This document shows positions 29,348 to 39,223 of a stretch of 64,000 bases of DNA, in pieces; the stretch's first letter is position 1, and each line of letters begins with the position of its first letter. The stretch spans positions 1 through 64,000 of the IMG/VR virus record IMGVR_UViG_3300035698_022762. One strand, written 5' to 3'. A program made the translations under genes and the position numbers. Source of the stretch: a virus. The notes beneath the pieces were generated by a model that saw only the letters and a program-made list of their open reading frames with translations, was not told where the DNA came from and searched no databases.

Positions 29348-30364
29348 ATGAGTGTAGGATTTGATGCAGGTACTTATAATTTAATTTGTTGTAAACGCAA
29401 TAGCGAAAATAAATTTATTTATAAAAGAGAAGTTAATGCTTTTATAGAGCTTCCTCTTAAAAATAGATTCGTTTTCAACATGATGAAACAAGCAGGGGTT
29501 CCTTTAATAGAAAGGCCAGATTCAGATGTTGCTTATGCTCTTGGCGAAGCAGCAGTCAATATGGCGTATACGATGAACCAATTAGATTTAAAACGACCTA
29601 TGCAACATGGGTGTTTGAATCCAAAAGAAAAAAATGCACAACAAATAATGTCAATCATGATGCATAATTTGATTGGTGATGATGTTGATCCCAAAGAACC
29701 TTTTTATTATAGCATTCCAGCAAATGCCATTAATGAAGAAACCGACGCTGACTATCACTCTCATGTACTTTCAGCCATTTTTAAGGCGTATGAAAACAAA
29801 GATGGCATGGGCATCACTCCCAATCCTATTAATGAAGCATTAGCGTTGATTTATGCGGAATTGGCTAAAACAGCTTACACAGGCATCGGCGTGTCTTGTG
29901 GATCAGGAATGGTGAATCTTTGTTTTGCTATTTTTGGCGCACCCGTATTTGAATTCAGTATGGTTAATAGCGGGGATTGGATTGACAAACAAGCAGCTAA
30001 AGTTACTGGAGAGACACCAGCTTTTATAAATCAAGAAAAATTAAAACTTAATTTATTAGAAGATACAGATTCATTGGTAATGAATGCAATAAAAGCCCAA
30101 TACCAAATAATGATACAAAAGACAGTAATGAATATCAAAAAAGGATTAGAAAATTCAAATAATGATGCTAGAGCGGCAGACAAGCCTATTGACATAGTGG
30201 TTGCAGGTGGCACAAGCCAACCAATAGGGTTTGATAAAATATTTAAAGAGTCAATAGAAAAGGCGAATCTGCCAATCAAGCTAGGCGAGGTTAGAAGGGC
30301 AGATGATCCATTGTATTCCGTTGCTAGAGGATGCCTTATAGCCGCCGAAAACTCACAGGGGTAA
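29348..30364 (+). CDS. Actin/Hsp70-fold (ASKHA) ATPase, MreB/ParM-like
   Basis: Phosphate-1 VGFDAGTYN, connect-1 INEALA, phosphate-2-like VSCGSGMVN, adenosine VVAGGTS, connect-2 DPLYSVARG; ATG 29348 with AAAGGA RBS. Confidence 0.82.
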   Translation: MSVGFDAGTYNLICCKRNSENKFIYKREVNAFIELPLKNRFVFNMMKQAGVPLIERPDSDVAYALGEAAVNMAYTMNQLDLKRPMQHGCLNPKEKNAQQIMSIMMHNLIGDDVDPKEPFYYSIPANAINEETDADYHSHVLSAIFKAYENKDGMGITPNPINEALALIYAELAKTAYTGIGVSCGSGMVNLCFAIFGAPVFEFSMVNSGDWIDKQAAKVTGETPAFINQEKLKLNLLEDTDSLVMNAIKAQYQIMIQKTVMNIKKGLENSNNDARAADKPIDIVVAGGTSQPIGFDKIFKESIEKANLPIKLGEVRRADDPLYSVARGCLIAAENSQG

Positions 30365-30397
30365 ACAACATAAAAAAATAAATAATACAAAATTAAT

Positions 30398-30787
30398 ATG
30401 GGAGACAAAATAAAAAAAGAAATAGTATAAGATGAATATGGGAAACAAGTTGGAACAATAGATGTAAGAGAAGTTAATAAAAAATGGAGAAACAATGATT
30501 CTTATGTCGAAAACAGAATAAAGGCAGGTGAAACAATTCCTGAATATATTAAAAAATATATAATAGGAAATGAAAAACCTGAATACAAAGCATTTGTTGT
30601 TACAGAAGGAACAAATATTATCTGGAGTTTTTTATCAAAAACAAAAAGAAAAGATTATCTTATGGAAAAAGAATTAATAGAACTATTCGATGCATCTAAA
30701 GCCAAAAACAATTTTTCTAATGAGGAAAATTTCAATTACATAATGTCTGGATTCTTGGAACATATTAAAAATCAAAGCAAAAAATGA
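30398..30787 (+). pseudogene. ORF of 129 codons interrupted by a single in-frame TAA (not in ORF track)
   Basis: ATG 30398 MGDKIKKEIV-TAA(30428-30430)-DEYGKQVGTIDVREVNKKW...HIKNQSKK-TGA(30785-30787); the same frame stays open to an ATGA overlap with the next gene. Confidence 0.65.
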
Positions 30788-31080
30788 CTTATAATCTTAG
30801 TCAATTGCATACAAACACAGAAAAGAAAGAAAGAAAGAAAATGGATAAAACGATAATAAAAAAAGTTAATGATTTAGGTGCAAGCGCATACATTTTAATG
30901 CATGGTTATAAAGTATCTGGAAAGGATGCCGATGGAAGAACAATTTTATTTGAAATACCCGTTGCTGAGGAAAGAGAATTTGAACAATTAACAATGGACT
31001 ACTTAACCAGTGAATATCACAGATTCGATTCTTGTTTAATGTCATTAAAAAAACTAGGCAATTATAATAGTTCAAGATAA
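30784..31080 (+). CDS. Hypothetical protein (DUF5659-like; start may be 30841)
   Basis: DLGASAYILMHGYKV...ILFE...Y...FDSCLMSLKKL pattern. Confidence 0.55.
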   Translation: MTYNLSQLHTNTEKKERKKMDKTIIKKVNDLGASAYILMHGYKVSGKDADGRTILFEIPVAEEREFEQLTMDYLTSEYHRFDSCLMSLKKLGNYNSSR

Positions 31081-31109
31081 TTATTATGGCATTTCATATA
31101 TAAAATATA

Positions 31110-32687
31110 ATGAAAACTAATTTAAATAAAAAAGATACGTCTATAATGGAATATTCAGATAAGGAATTGTTAAATAATTTCTACGTGGATGTTGACAAAT
31201 TGGTCAATGGCCTTCAAGATGATCTTGCTAATATTTTTAGCAAAAGTGTAGATTATTTAAAAAATACTACAGCAAATGCTGGCAACAATCCAACAGGAGG
31301 CAGCAATAAAAACACACCTTCTAACAACAACAAATCACTTCCTTGGATCAAACATGGATTGAGAGGATTTGTTAGGAAACTGTGGTATGGAGATCACCCT
31401 AGTAATCCAGATTGGGAAAACGTTAAAGAAAACTTTTCTTTAAAAGAATATAAAATAATAAAAGATCAATCTTTAGAACTTGGCGAAAAAATAATAGAAG
31501 TTTGTTTAAAAGATTTGGTTATACAAGAATCTGAATATAAAGCTGAATTTAAAAATTTATTAGCAGATGTGACAAATAAGTTTAAATATGATTTGAGGTC
31601 TTTGATATTTAAACATTTGAAAAATAAAAGAAATAGTGTTTCAAAAATGGATATGGAAACATTGGCAAACTACAGATCAAATATTCCTACTTCTAATGCT
31701 TCTAGTGCTTCTTCTTCTAAAATAGATTTGCCACCCCAATCAAGCACAAGCACAAGTTCGGGTACGCCAAAATCAAGAAAGCCATTTGAAGGACCAGATG
31801 ATGGCGGGTATTCTGAACCTGATATCGAAGATAGACCAATATCAGATGTGCCGAAAACAGCATCTTCTAAGCCAAAAGCTCGCCGTAAGGCCACGTCGAT
31901 ACCACCTTTTGAAACAGCACCAGATGTTGCAGCTTCATCTAAACCAGATGTTGAACCAAAAACTAATCGTAAAAAGGCAACGTCGTCATCCAAAACAACA
32001 TCGACGCCTCCTTTTGAGACAACACCAGACGCAGATGCAAATGTAAATACTACTGCTGAACCTGACAAGGCTCAAGCGTCTGATGGGAAAGTAGAGCCAA
32101 CAAAGAGTGCCGAAAAAGCACCTACAGTTTCTAACAACAAATCAAAAGCTCAAGAAGATTCTAGCAAACCTTCTGATAGAGTGCTAGATGAAGATAAAGC
32201 AGAAGAATTAGGCGTTAAATTGACAATTGTAGACGATGCAAAAGAAAAAAGAAATACTCTTAAAGAATATGGGCTATCTTTAAAATCAGGTCGACTTATA
32301 GGCATGGATTCTATATTGGACGCAATAATAGTTTTAAAGAAAATAATGGATGGCGTTGGTCCTTGGGACATTGATAAAAATATTAGTGAAATAAGTTCTG
32401 ATTTCAAAGAACACTTAGGGGCTGATCTTACAAAAGCTGCGAAGGATTTTATTATACAAGCCAAATCTGATCCTGATATATTAGAAAAACATCTTCCGGG
32501 CATTGATGTTAGAAAATCCGATCCTTTACCAGATATGAGTGACGTAGATGATGATTTTAGTGATTTTGATGAGGTTAAAAGAAGACTTTCAGGGGATGAT
32601 CATAGACGTTACGCATATATACTAGAATCTAGAAGAATAAAAGACAAAAAAGCTAAAGTAGAATTTTTGAAAAACAAAATGAAATAA
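31110..32687 (+). CDS. Hypothetical protein with S/T/P/K-rich disordered linker
   Basis: 525 aa; duplicated KAT...PPFET(A/T)PD motif. Confidence 0.75.
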   Translation: MKTNLNKKDTSIMEYSDKELLNNFYVDVDKLVNGLQDDLANIFSKSVDYLKNTTANAGNNPTGGSNKNTPSNNNKSLPWIKHGLRGFVRKLWYGDHPSNPDWENVKENFSLKEYKIIKDQSLELGEKIIEVCLKDLVIQESEYKAEFKNLLADVTNKFKYDLRSLIFKHLKNKRNSVSKMDMETLANYRSNIPTSNASSASSSKIDLPPQSSTSTSSGTPKSRKPFEGPDDGGYSEPDIEDRPISDVPKTASSKPKARRKATSIPPFETAPDVAASSKPDVEPKTNRKKATSSSKTTSTPPFETTPDADANVNTTAEPDKAQASDGKVEPTKSAEKAPTVSNNKSKAQEDSSKPSDRVLDEDKAEELGVKLTIVDDAKEKRNTLKEYGLSLKSGRLIGMDSILDAIIVLKKIMDGVGPWDIDKNISEISSDFKEHLGADLTKAAKDFIIQAKSDPDILEKHLPGIDVRKSDPLPDMSDVDDDFSDFDEVKRRLSGDDHRRYAYILESRRIKDKKAKVEFLKNKMK

Positions 32688-32728
32688 TATTATTAAAAAA
32701 GCCGCATTATGCGGCTTTTTTAATAATA
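32688..32728. terminator. Bidirectional rho-independent terminator
   Basis: Perfect inverted repeat tattattaaaaaagccgca-tta-tgcggcttttttaataata between convergent genes. Confidence 0.92.
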
Positions 32729-32742
32729 TAGCAAAATAATTT

Positions 32743-35700
32743 TCATCTAAGCTTAAATTTGTTTTTCAACATATCAAGCTCTACTTCAAAAGATTCATTA
32801 TTATTAAACTTCTTTAATTCTAACTCTGTGTCTTTAACACCTGCTTTAAATCTTTCTTGTTCATCAGGAGTCAATCCACCTTGCATATAAACTGGTGCTG
32901 ATTGTGCAGCAGCTTTTTCTGCTTGTCCAAAATACACACTTCCTGTAAAGTATAAAGAAATGACATCTACCATCTTTTTAGGTATGTCCATTTGATGAGT
33001 AGCAAATTTTTTGCCACCTTGTGCTTGCATGCCCATTTTGTCTATTTGAGCTTTAATTTGTGGAGTCATGGCTGGTGGTGAGTCCATTTTCATATAATTA
33101 TCAACAAATTGCTCTAAATCCCCTATTGATGGATTGACAGATTTAGCAATTTCATAGATTTTTTCTAATGCAAACTGCTCAAATAATTCTAAAACGTGAT
33201 TGTCTTTCCATTTTTCTATTCCGTTTTCAAACGAACTTTTCACTCGATTAACAAAATCTCTCCTTATAGATAAAGAATCCGTCTGTTTTGGGGCGACTTC
33301 TTTATCAGGAGATTGTTGCGGAGTATTGTTTCCAGATTCTTGTCTTCCTTTAAATGTTTTATACATTTCTTCTTTAGCAAATTCATTAGCTTCTTTTTCA
33401 TTAAAAGCCTCTCCTTTTTGCTTTTTGGCAAGTTCAAATCTTTTAACAAAATAGTGATGCATTAATGCAGCACCAGCAATATTTGCTATCATATCTTTTT
33501 CAGACACGTTTCCCGGTGCCGAACTTTTTATATTGTTAATAGCTGCAAACAAGTTAGCAAATGAGTGTCCTGCAAAATCGGCAGATAAAGCATCAGATGC
33601 AGGAATATTCTTTCGATAAAGCATTTTCGTTTCCGAATCTAACAATCCTTTTTTATGATCGTCAAAAGCAGAACGGTCTATTTGCTTCTTTTCTTTCTGC
33701 ATAACCTGCAAAGCTGTTTCCATGCCTTCGCTGCTTGATGCACTTACGTTTTTGCTTTTTAATCTTCTAGTTCCTGTGCCGTCAATATCAAGTTGAGTAA
33801 TTAACGTTAAGTAGGTCATTACTTTTGAACGAAGATGCAACCACAAATATGTGCCTGATTTATGCTTTTCAGTTGCAGAAGAACCATTTCTCATTTTTTC
33901 CAAAAATTCTTGAAATGCAGGATTGGCTGTTATTCTTCTTACATATGCAATTACATTATACATTATTTGAGGCTTGTTTATTTCTAAAGCCGCTTTCAGA
34001 CTACGGTCTTTTACTTTGCCTATTTGACTATTTACAGCCTGTGCAATAGCTGAAATTTTTACTTCTTGTTCAGGATTATCATGCTCACCTAAATTTTTAT
34101 AACCTTTAGAAGTTCTCCCTAATTCATTATAGTACTTTCTAGCTAAATCAGGTACGTTTTCAGGTTCTGCTTCAATGGCAGTCTTTAACCCTTTTTCTGC
34201 ATTAGGCAAATCTTCTAAGTCATGCGCCGTTAGATTTTCCACGCCCCCATTTTCAACAAACCAATCTACGCAATCTTCATTAGAAGTCACTTTCTCTTTT
34301 AATTTTCTTAAATATTCATTAGTATCTTTTTTAATTTCTTCTACATCATCCGATTTTAAATAAGACTTAGCAGAGCCTTCTACTGGACCACCGAAAAAAG
34401 GTTCCAATTCTTCCCAATCTTTTGGATCAGAATGGTACATCATTTTTTGGTTTTTTCCTACGTTGAAACCACCAACTGTTCTATATCCAGACCATATATT
34501 GCCAAAGCTATATTTTTCTTTACCTATATAAAGAGGGTTCTCCATGCCAACTTTTAGAGGATCATGTGAATTTCTAACGCCACTAAAAGCTGCATGTGCA
34601 TAATCATATGCGTCGAGCCTTTTAGCGTTTTTAATTACATGTTTTCTTAGAGGCATCAACCTACTATCAATATAATCATTTAAATACTTTTTGACTTCTT
34701 CTTTGTCTTTAATATTTATTTTTTTTGACTTCAACCAAAGCTTAAGCTTTTTATAAGACTTTGCTTCTTGATATTGCTGCATTGTGAGCTTAGTGGTTTT
34801 ACCCGTATTTAATTGTTGCTGTATCAGATTTACAGAACTATTATAATCGGTTCTAATGAATTCATCCAAAGATTCGTCATCGCTAATTAATTTACGAATA
34901 AAGTCTATTCTGTTTTGCACATCTTCAAATCTATTAAAAGTTTTAGAATGCACTTGTTTACCGGGCAATAACGCAGGCAAATCTTTTACATCACTTTCAA
35001 CGTAATCATTGCCTTTTTTGGTTTTTCTTTCGTACCCCCAAAAAACACCACCATCAGGATGTTTTTCTGATGCCTTTTGAACATTAAACACGGAGCTTTC
35101 TGGCACTCCTGCTTTTAACATTTGATTGCGAATGCTTTCTAGTTTATGAGAATTAAAATAAGCTGTTTCTCCTTGCTTCCCCGTAGAATCCATTCTAATA
35201 TTGTCTTGTCCAAATTTTGTTTCAGGGTCTAATAAGAGTGTGTTTCTTTTCCACCCATTAATTGCCTTGCTCATGGATTGGTAATTAGAACCACGCCATC
35301 CTTTAGCAACAGCTACGCCACCAATACCTCCACGCATTTTTGCATCGCTTAAATCGGCACCTATCAATCCACCTTTGTCTATACCTTGCTTTTTATATTC
35401 GGCGGCTTTTCTCGCATATTCTTTTTTCTGATCTGGTGTGAGTTTTTCACCCCTTAAAGGTTCTATATCAATAGCTCTTTCAAATTTGTCAAGCAAATGA
35501 TTAACGAAGGTATTAACATTGTATATGTTTGTTGCCCCTCTTTTACCAGCTAAAGGTATTTTCTGAATATCATTGAACTCTCTACCTTTTTCTTGTGCTT
35601 GTTTAGCCCTAACAAGTAAATTAGTATAACGATAGTTCATGGCAGCAGCCCATTGCGGCGGCGGAAACTGATATAGATAAAATATATCGTATTTGTCGAA

Positions 35701-35874
35701 GTGAGGGGGTAAATTAGTAGAAACATGATGAACTATTTCTTCATCACCTTGTTTTATTTTTAAAGGGGGAATCGGCATTTCCATTAACTGGATTAAGGCT
35801 GATTCCATTTGTTCATCAAACTTATCTGAACGTTTTGTATTTAACACATAATTAAAAAAAGAAGTATCTTTCAT
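32743..35874 (-). CDS. Large hypothetical protein (possible internal head protein)
   Basis: 1043-aa ORF, GGTGA RBS, no recognisable family motif. Confidence 0.8.
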   Translation of the reverse strand: MKDTSFFNYVLNTKRSDKFDEQMESALIQLMEMPIPPLKIKQGDEEIVHHVSTNLPPHFDKYDIFYLYQFPPPQWAAAMNYRYTNLLVRAKQAQEKGREFNDIQKIPLAGKRGATNIYNVNTFVNHLLDKFERAIDIEPLRGEKLTPDQKKEYARKAAEYKKQGIDKGGLIGADLSDAKMRGGIGGVAVAKGWRGSNYQSMSKAINGWKRNTLLLDPETKFGQDNIRMDSTGKQGETAYFNSHKLESIRNQMLKAGVPESSVFNVQKASEKHPDGGVFWGYERKTKKGNDYVESDVKDLPALLPGKQVHSKTFNRFEDVQNRIDFIRKLISDDESLDEFIRTDYNSSVNLIQQQLNTGKTTKLTMQQYQEAKSYKKLKLWLKSKKINIKDKEEVKKYLNDYIDSRLMPLRKHVIKNAKRLDAYDYAHAAFSGVRNSHDPLKVGMENPLYIGKEKYSFGNIWSGYRTVGGFNVGKNQKMMYHSDPKDWEELEPFFGGPVEGSAKSYLKSDDVEEIKKDTNEYLRKLKEKVTSNEDCVDWFVENGGVENLTAHDLEDLPNAEKGLKTAIEAEPENVPDLARKYYNELGRTSKGYKNLGEHDNPEQEVKISAIAQAVNSQIGKVKDRSLKAALEINKPQIMYNVIAYVRRITANPAFQEFLEKMRNGSSATEKHKSGTYLWLHLRSKVMTYLTLITQLDIDGTGTRRLKSKNVSASSSEGMETALQVMQKEKKQIDRSAFDDHKKGLLDSETKMLYRKNIPASDALSADFAGHSFANLFAAINNIKSSAPGNVSEKDMIANIAGAALMHHYFVKRFELAKKQKGEAFNEKEANEFAKEEMYKTFKGRQESGNNTPQQSPDKEVAPKQTDSLSIRRDFVNRVKSSFENGIEKWKDNHVLELFEQFALEKIYEIAKSVNPSIGDLEQFVDNYMKMDSPPAMTPQIKAQIDKMGMQAQGGKKFATHQMDIPKKMVDVISLYFTGSVYFGQAEKAAAQSAPVYMQGGLTPDEQERFKAGVKDTELELKKFNNNESFEVELDMLKNKFKLR

Positions 35875-35987
35875 ATATTCACCAAAATCTATTTATATAT
35901 CTTATCTATGATGTTGGCACTAATAATATATTTATTTTTACGTGGTGAAAGGACCAGCTAAGTCTAGGGAGCGGTTATAAAAAAAGA

Positions 35988-36398
35988 CTATTTTGATTCA
36001 TATTTCAATTGTTCAGCTATTGTATTCAATTTTTTAATGTCGACAAAATTAGAATTGCTTGGGGAGCTGTTGATTTCCAATTCTTTTTCTTTCATCTTTT
36101 TAGCAGCATTTTCTTTAATGGATTTCAATTCATCAATAACTTTCTTTCCTTCTTCTGATTCTGCATCTACCATTTGTTCTTCTGCTATACCAACGATATG
36201 TTCTAAATTAAATGCAGTCATTTGCTCATTGCCCAATTGCTTTAAATAAAGCCACTTTGAGTCTATTTCTGTCACGAAACCTAAATAATAATTGCTTATT
36301 TGTTTCAAATAAGTTTCAGGATTTTCCTCTTTAAAGTTCCTGTTTGTAGTAATTGTTATTATTGAGCATGGCTTGCCTTTAAAATATTCTATATTCAT
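35988..36398 (-). CDS. Hypothetical protein
   Basis: 136 aa, ATGA-coupled to primase. Confidence 0.7.
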   Translation of the reverse strand: MNIEYFKGKPCSIITITTNRNFKEENPETYLKQISNYYLGFVTEIDSKWLYLKQLGNEQMTAFNLEHIVGIAEEQMVDAESEEGKKVIDELKSIKENAAKKMKEKELEINSSPSNSNFVDIKKLNTIAEQLKYESK

Positions 36399-37453
36399 TT
36401 TGATCTTATACTCCGTATTGATTTATTTAATATTGTGTCTTTTTCAAAACTGCGTATTTGGCTTTTAATGTACGAATCGATTAATCTTAAAGATGAATCT
36501 TCTAACATTTTATTCCAATCTTTATATTTTTTTGGCGGAAAGACATATTTCATTTTTTTAAATCCATTTTTCAACAACATGTCGCCAATGTCCAATAATG
36601 CTTTGACCCCTGATTGATCGTTGTCCAAACATAAAACAGGCATAAGTCCTTCTATATAACCCATTTGCTTTTCCGATATAAATTTGCCACCTAAAGCTGC
36701 ACCTGCTTCTTTTGTGGCCAAGTGAAGTGTCTTTGCATCAAATTCTCCTTCGACCAAATAAACAGGACTTCCTTGTTTTGGCCAATTGGTCATAAAGACG
36801 ACATCACTTTTACCAATGCCTATTTCTTTAGGTGGACCAAGATATCTTAACGCTTTTTTATTGTTTCCAATGAATCTAGTATTAAAATATATCAACATGC
36901 CTTTTGAATCAAAATATGGAATCAAAATTCTATTTCCGTATTGTGTCGACATGTCAGTGCAAATCATAAAATCATCAATTGGCATTTTTCTAGAATTTAA
37001 ATATATTTCTGCTTCTGTTCTGAAATAGTTTTCTTCTGGCAATTCTGAAATTCGATAAGTCCCTTCTGGAAGATCAAGACCAGATTTTAAAACTTCATTT
37101 TCAACTGGTTTTTGTCTTTTGTTTTTGAAAAAGTCTTTTATTTTTTCTTCTAGTTCTTCTAGGTTGTACTCGCCAGTTCCTAAAGTTTCTAAAGCTTCAT
37201 CAAATGGACACTTATCAACCTCCATTACGAGACTGACTAACGTCCCAACTTTATCGCTTTTAAAGCAACGATAAACTCCGTAGGGGCGTTCTTTGCTTCC
37301 TAATTTGCCACCATAGGGGTTGCACCATAAATGATGTTTGAAATCATCTTCTACAAAAATAGAATTTAACTTTATCTCATTTCCTTTTACGACAACATCG
37401 CCATCCCACCTAGATTCACACCAAGATAAAAATTTATCAAATTTAATAGACAT
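36395..37453 (-). CDS. DNA primase (DnaG/T4 gp61-like, Toprim)
   Basis: YRCFKSD Zn-finger-like region, RILIPYFD, YLGPP, VYLVEGEFDA, AALGG, LCLDNDQSG, KYKDWN. Confidence 0.9.
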   Translation of the reverse strand: MSIKFDKFLSWCESRWDGDVVVKGNEIKLNSIFVEDDFKHHLWCNPYGGKLGSKERPYGVYRCFKSDKVGTLVSLVMEVDKCPFDEALETLGTGEYNLEELEEKIKDFFKNKRQKPVENEVLKSGLDLPEGTYRISELPEENYFRTEAEIYLNSRKMPIDDFMICTDMSTQYGNRILIPYFDSKGMLIYFNTRFIGNNKKALRYLGPPKEIGIGKSDVVFMTNWPKQGSPVYLVEGEFDAKTLHLATKEAGAALGGKFISEKQMGYIEGLMPVLCLDNDQSGVKALLDIGDMLLKNGFKKMKYVFPPKKYKDWNKMLEDSSLRLIDSYIKSQIRSFEKDTILNKSIRSIRSK

Positions 37454-37465
37454 CAAAATTCCTTA

Positions 37466-37494
37466 TTGCTTTCCTAGTTTAAATAGTATACAAT
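37466..37494 (+). promoter_or_regulatory. Putative sigma70-type promoter for the nuclease gene
   Basis: TTGCTT-17 nt-TACAAT, 8 nt before ATG 37503. Confidence 0.55.
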
Positions 37495-37502
37495 TTCTCA
37501 CT

Positions 37503-38282
37503 ATGCGTATCAAGAGTATATCAGTAAGTCGTTTAAACATCTGGCGAGAGTGCCAGCAGAAATATAAATATCAATATCATCTAAAACTTGATTCAATAGA
37601 AGAAGAACCTTTCTGTTTCATATATGGAAAAATAGTCCATAAAATAGCGGAAATCTATGTTGAATCTAAAGGCGATAAAACCTTATCAGAAGTCACTAAA
37701 AGTGTTTTAGATGGGGATGTACCTATAGATTATGATATTGTAAAAAATAAAGATGTGTTTGCTCCAAAATTACCACCAGATTACAAAAAAAGAATGCCAG
37801 AACATTTGAAATCTGTACAGAAATTAACAGACCAAATAGGGGTTGAAGGAATGGTCGAATACGAATTCCTTTATGATATAGACCCGCCTAATGAAAGAAA
37901 AGTTAGAGGATTTATAGATAGGCTAGTGATCAAAAATGACGAGTATTTTATTTTTGATTACAAAACATCTAAAAAGAATAAATTTAGAAAAACTAGAAGA
38001 AACATAACTTCCGATCTTCAATTGCAAACATATGCAATGGTTGTGAGAAATTTATTTAAAGTTCCAGCAAAAAAAATAACGGCTGGACTGTATTATTTAG
38101 AAGGTGGCGAGTTGCTTGGTGCCAGTTTTAGTGAAAAAACTTTAGACAACGTACAGACTTTATTATTAGATACATATAAAGAAATAGAAAACATGCCAGA
38201 AGACGATGCTTGGGGAAATGTTGGACAACACTGCAACCGATGTGACTGGCGTAAAATATGTCCTTTTTATAGGTTAACTTAA
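37503..38282 (+). CDS. PD-(D/E)XK nuclease, RecB/Cas4-like with Fe-S cysteines
   Basis: SVSRLNIWREC, G..VH, GFIDRL, IFDYKTS, LQLQTYA, C-terminal CNRC..IC; true ATG at 37503 (ORF track extends into the primase). Confidence 0.88.
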   Translation: MRIKSISVSRLNIWRECQQKYKYQYHLKLDSIEEEPFCFIYGKIVHKIAEIYVESKGDKTLSEVTKSVLDGDVPIDYDIVKNKDVFAPKLPPDYKKRMPEHLKSVQKLTDQIGVEGMVEYEFLYDIDPPNERKVRGFIDRLVIKNDEYFIFDYKTSKKNKFRKTRRNITSDLQLQTYAMVVRNLFKVPAKKITAGLYYLEGGELLGASFSEKTLDNVQTLLLDTYKEIENMPEDDAWGNVGQHCNRCDWRKICPFYRLT

Positions 38283-38714
38283 ATGATTACTGTTACTATT
38301 CATCATAATATATTTTTAAATATTTTGGAAAGAACCAATCTTGTATCTGGAAAAACAATAGAGAAAACAGGTGTTTGCGTATCTGTTTGGTACAACAAAG
38401 GCAAAACTTCTGAACCTGCACAAGAAGTATTTGTTAAATATATCTTAACAAATACTTCTGAAGATTCTCCAATATTATTGACCAAAGATGGCTTTAAAAT
38501 TAATCTTCCAAAACCAGAAAAATTCGAAAAAAATGAAGTTCCACCCCCTAATCCATATTATCTTTTAGATGAAAAATATGGAGGCGAAAATGGGATATTG
38601 TCTTTTAAAGAATATCATCGCACCAAAGGTAAAGAAAGAATTAATTGTTGTCATACTGTTGATATCTCAACAACAGAACAGTTGGAAAATTCTTTAACTA
38701 GGACAATCTCGTAA
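38283..38714 (+). CDS. Hypothetical protein
   Basis: 143-aa ORF abutting the nuclease stop. Confidence 0.55.
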   Translation: MITVTIHHNIFLNILERTNLVSGKTIEKTGVCVSVWYNKGKTSEPAQEVFVKYILTNTSEDSPILLTKDGFKINLPKPEKFEKNEVPPPNPYYLLDEKYGGENGILSFKEYHRTKGKERINCCHTVDISTTEQLENSLTRTIS

Positions 38715-39203
38715 AGAAAGTCCTATTCGCATACTGATAGATTCATTCGAACTTACAGATATTGGCGAAGTAAATGGCACGCTAGATATCAATTGACCAC
38801 TGTCGTCACTAGCTGTTGTCAAAAACAAATTCTTAACTGCTAATGGATATCCACTAGCACCAGCCGAAAAAGTTAATACGGGACTATTTGTTTGAGTTAC
38901 GCCACTAATGGTAGTTAATGTAAACTGCCCTGTGGATGCAATAGGTCGTCTGATATAGCCTGTACTTGCAGAAGGCTCGTTAGTTATATCTGCTATCGTA
39001 TCTGTTGCTGCTAAACTACTTCTTGTGTCCAACCCAAAATAAAAATTATCAGGTATGTCATTGCCAGTAAAAACCGCACCTAACATAAAAGCTTCACCTT
39101 CTGTGTGAAATATATTTTTCAAATTGTTGTCAGACCAAATAGTGTCACCTGATTTATTCAGGTGTTTTATTTCTAATATTTTTACTAATCCATTCCAGTT
39201 CAT
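38694..39203 (-). CDS. Tail-fibre/collar-like protein (resembles 15226..15705)
   Basis: NIFHTEGEAFML, FYFGL, EPSASTGYIRRPI, ISMRIGLSL; similar architecture to the DUF3751-like gene. Confidence 0.5.
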   Translation of the reverse strand: MNWNGLVKILEIKHLNKSGDTIWSDNNLKNIFHTEGEAFMLGAVFTGNDIPDNFYFGLDTRSSLAATDTIADITNEPSASTGYIRRPIASTGQFTLTTISGVTQTNSPVLTFSAGASGYPLAVKNLFLTTASDDSGQLISSVPFTSPISVSSNESISMRIGLSLRDCPS

Positions 39204-39223
39204 AGTACTATATATTAGTAGCG

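Noticed and set aside
35908-35961. 17-codon hydrophobic micro-ORF (MMLALIIYLFLRGERTS)
   Set aside because: No RBS, and expected by chance in AT-rich DNA
37338-37502. N-terminal extension of the nuclease in the ORF track
   Set aside because: Overlaps the primase on the opposite strand; the family motif and promoter fit ATG 37503
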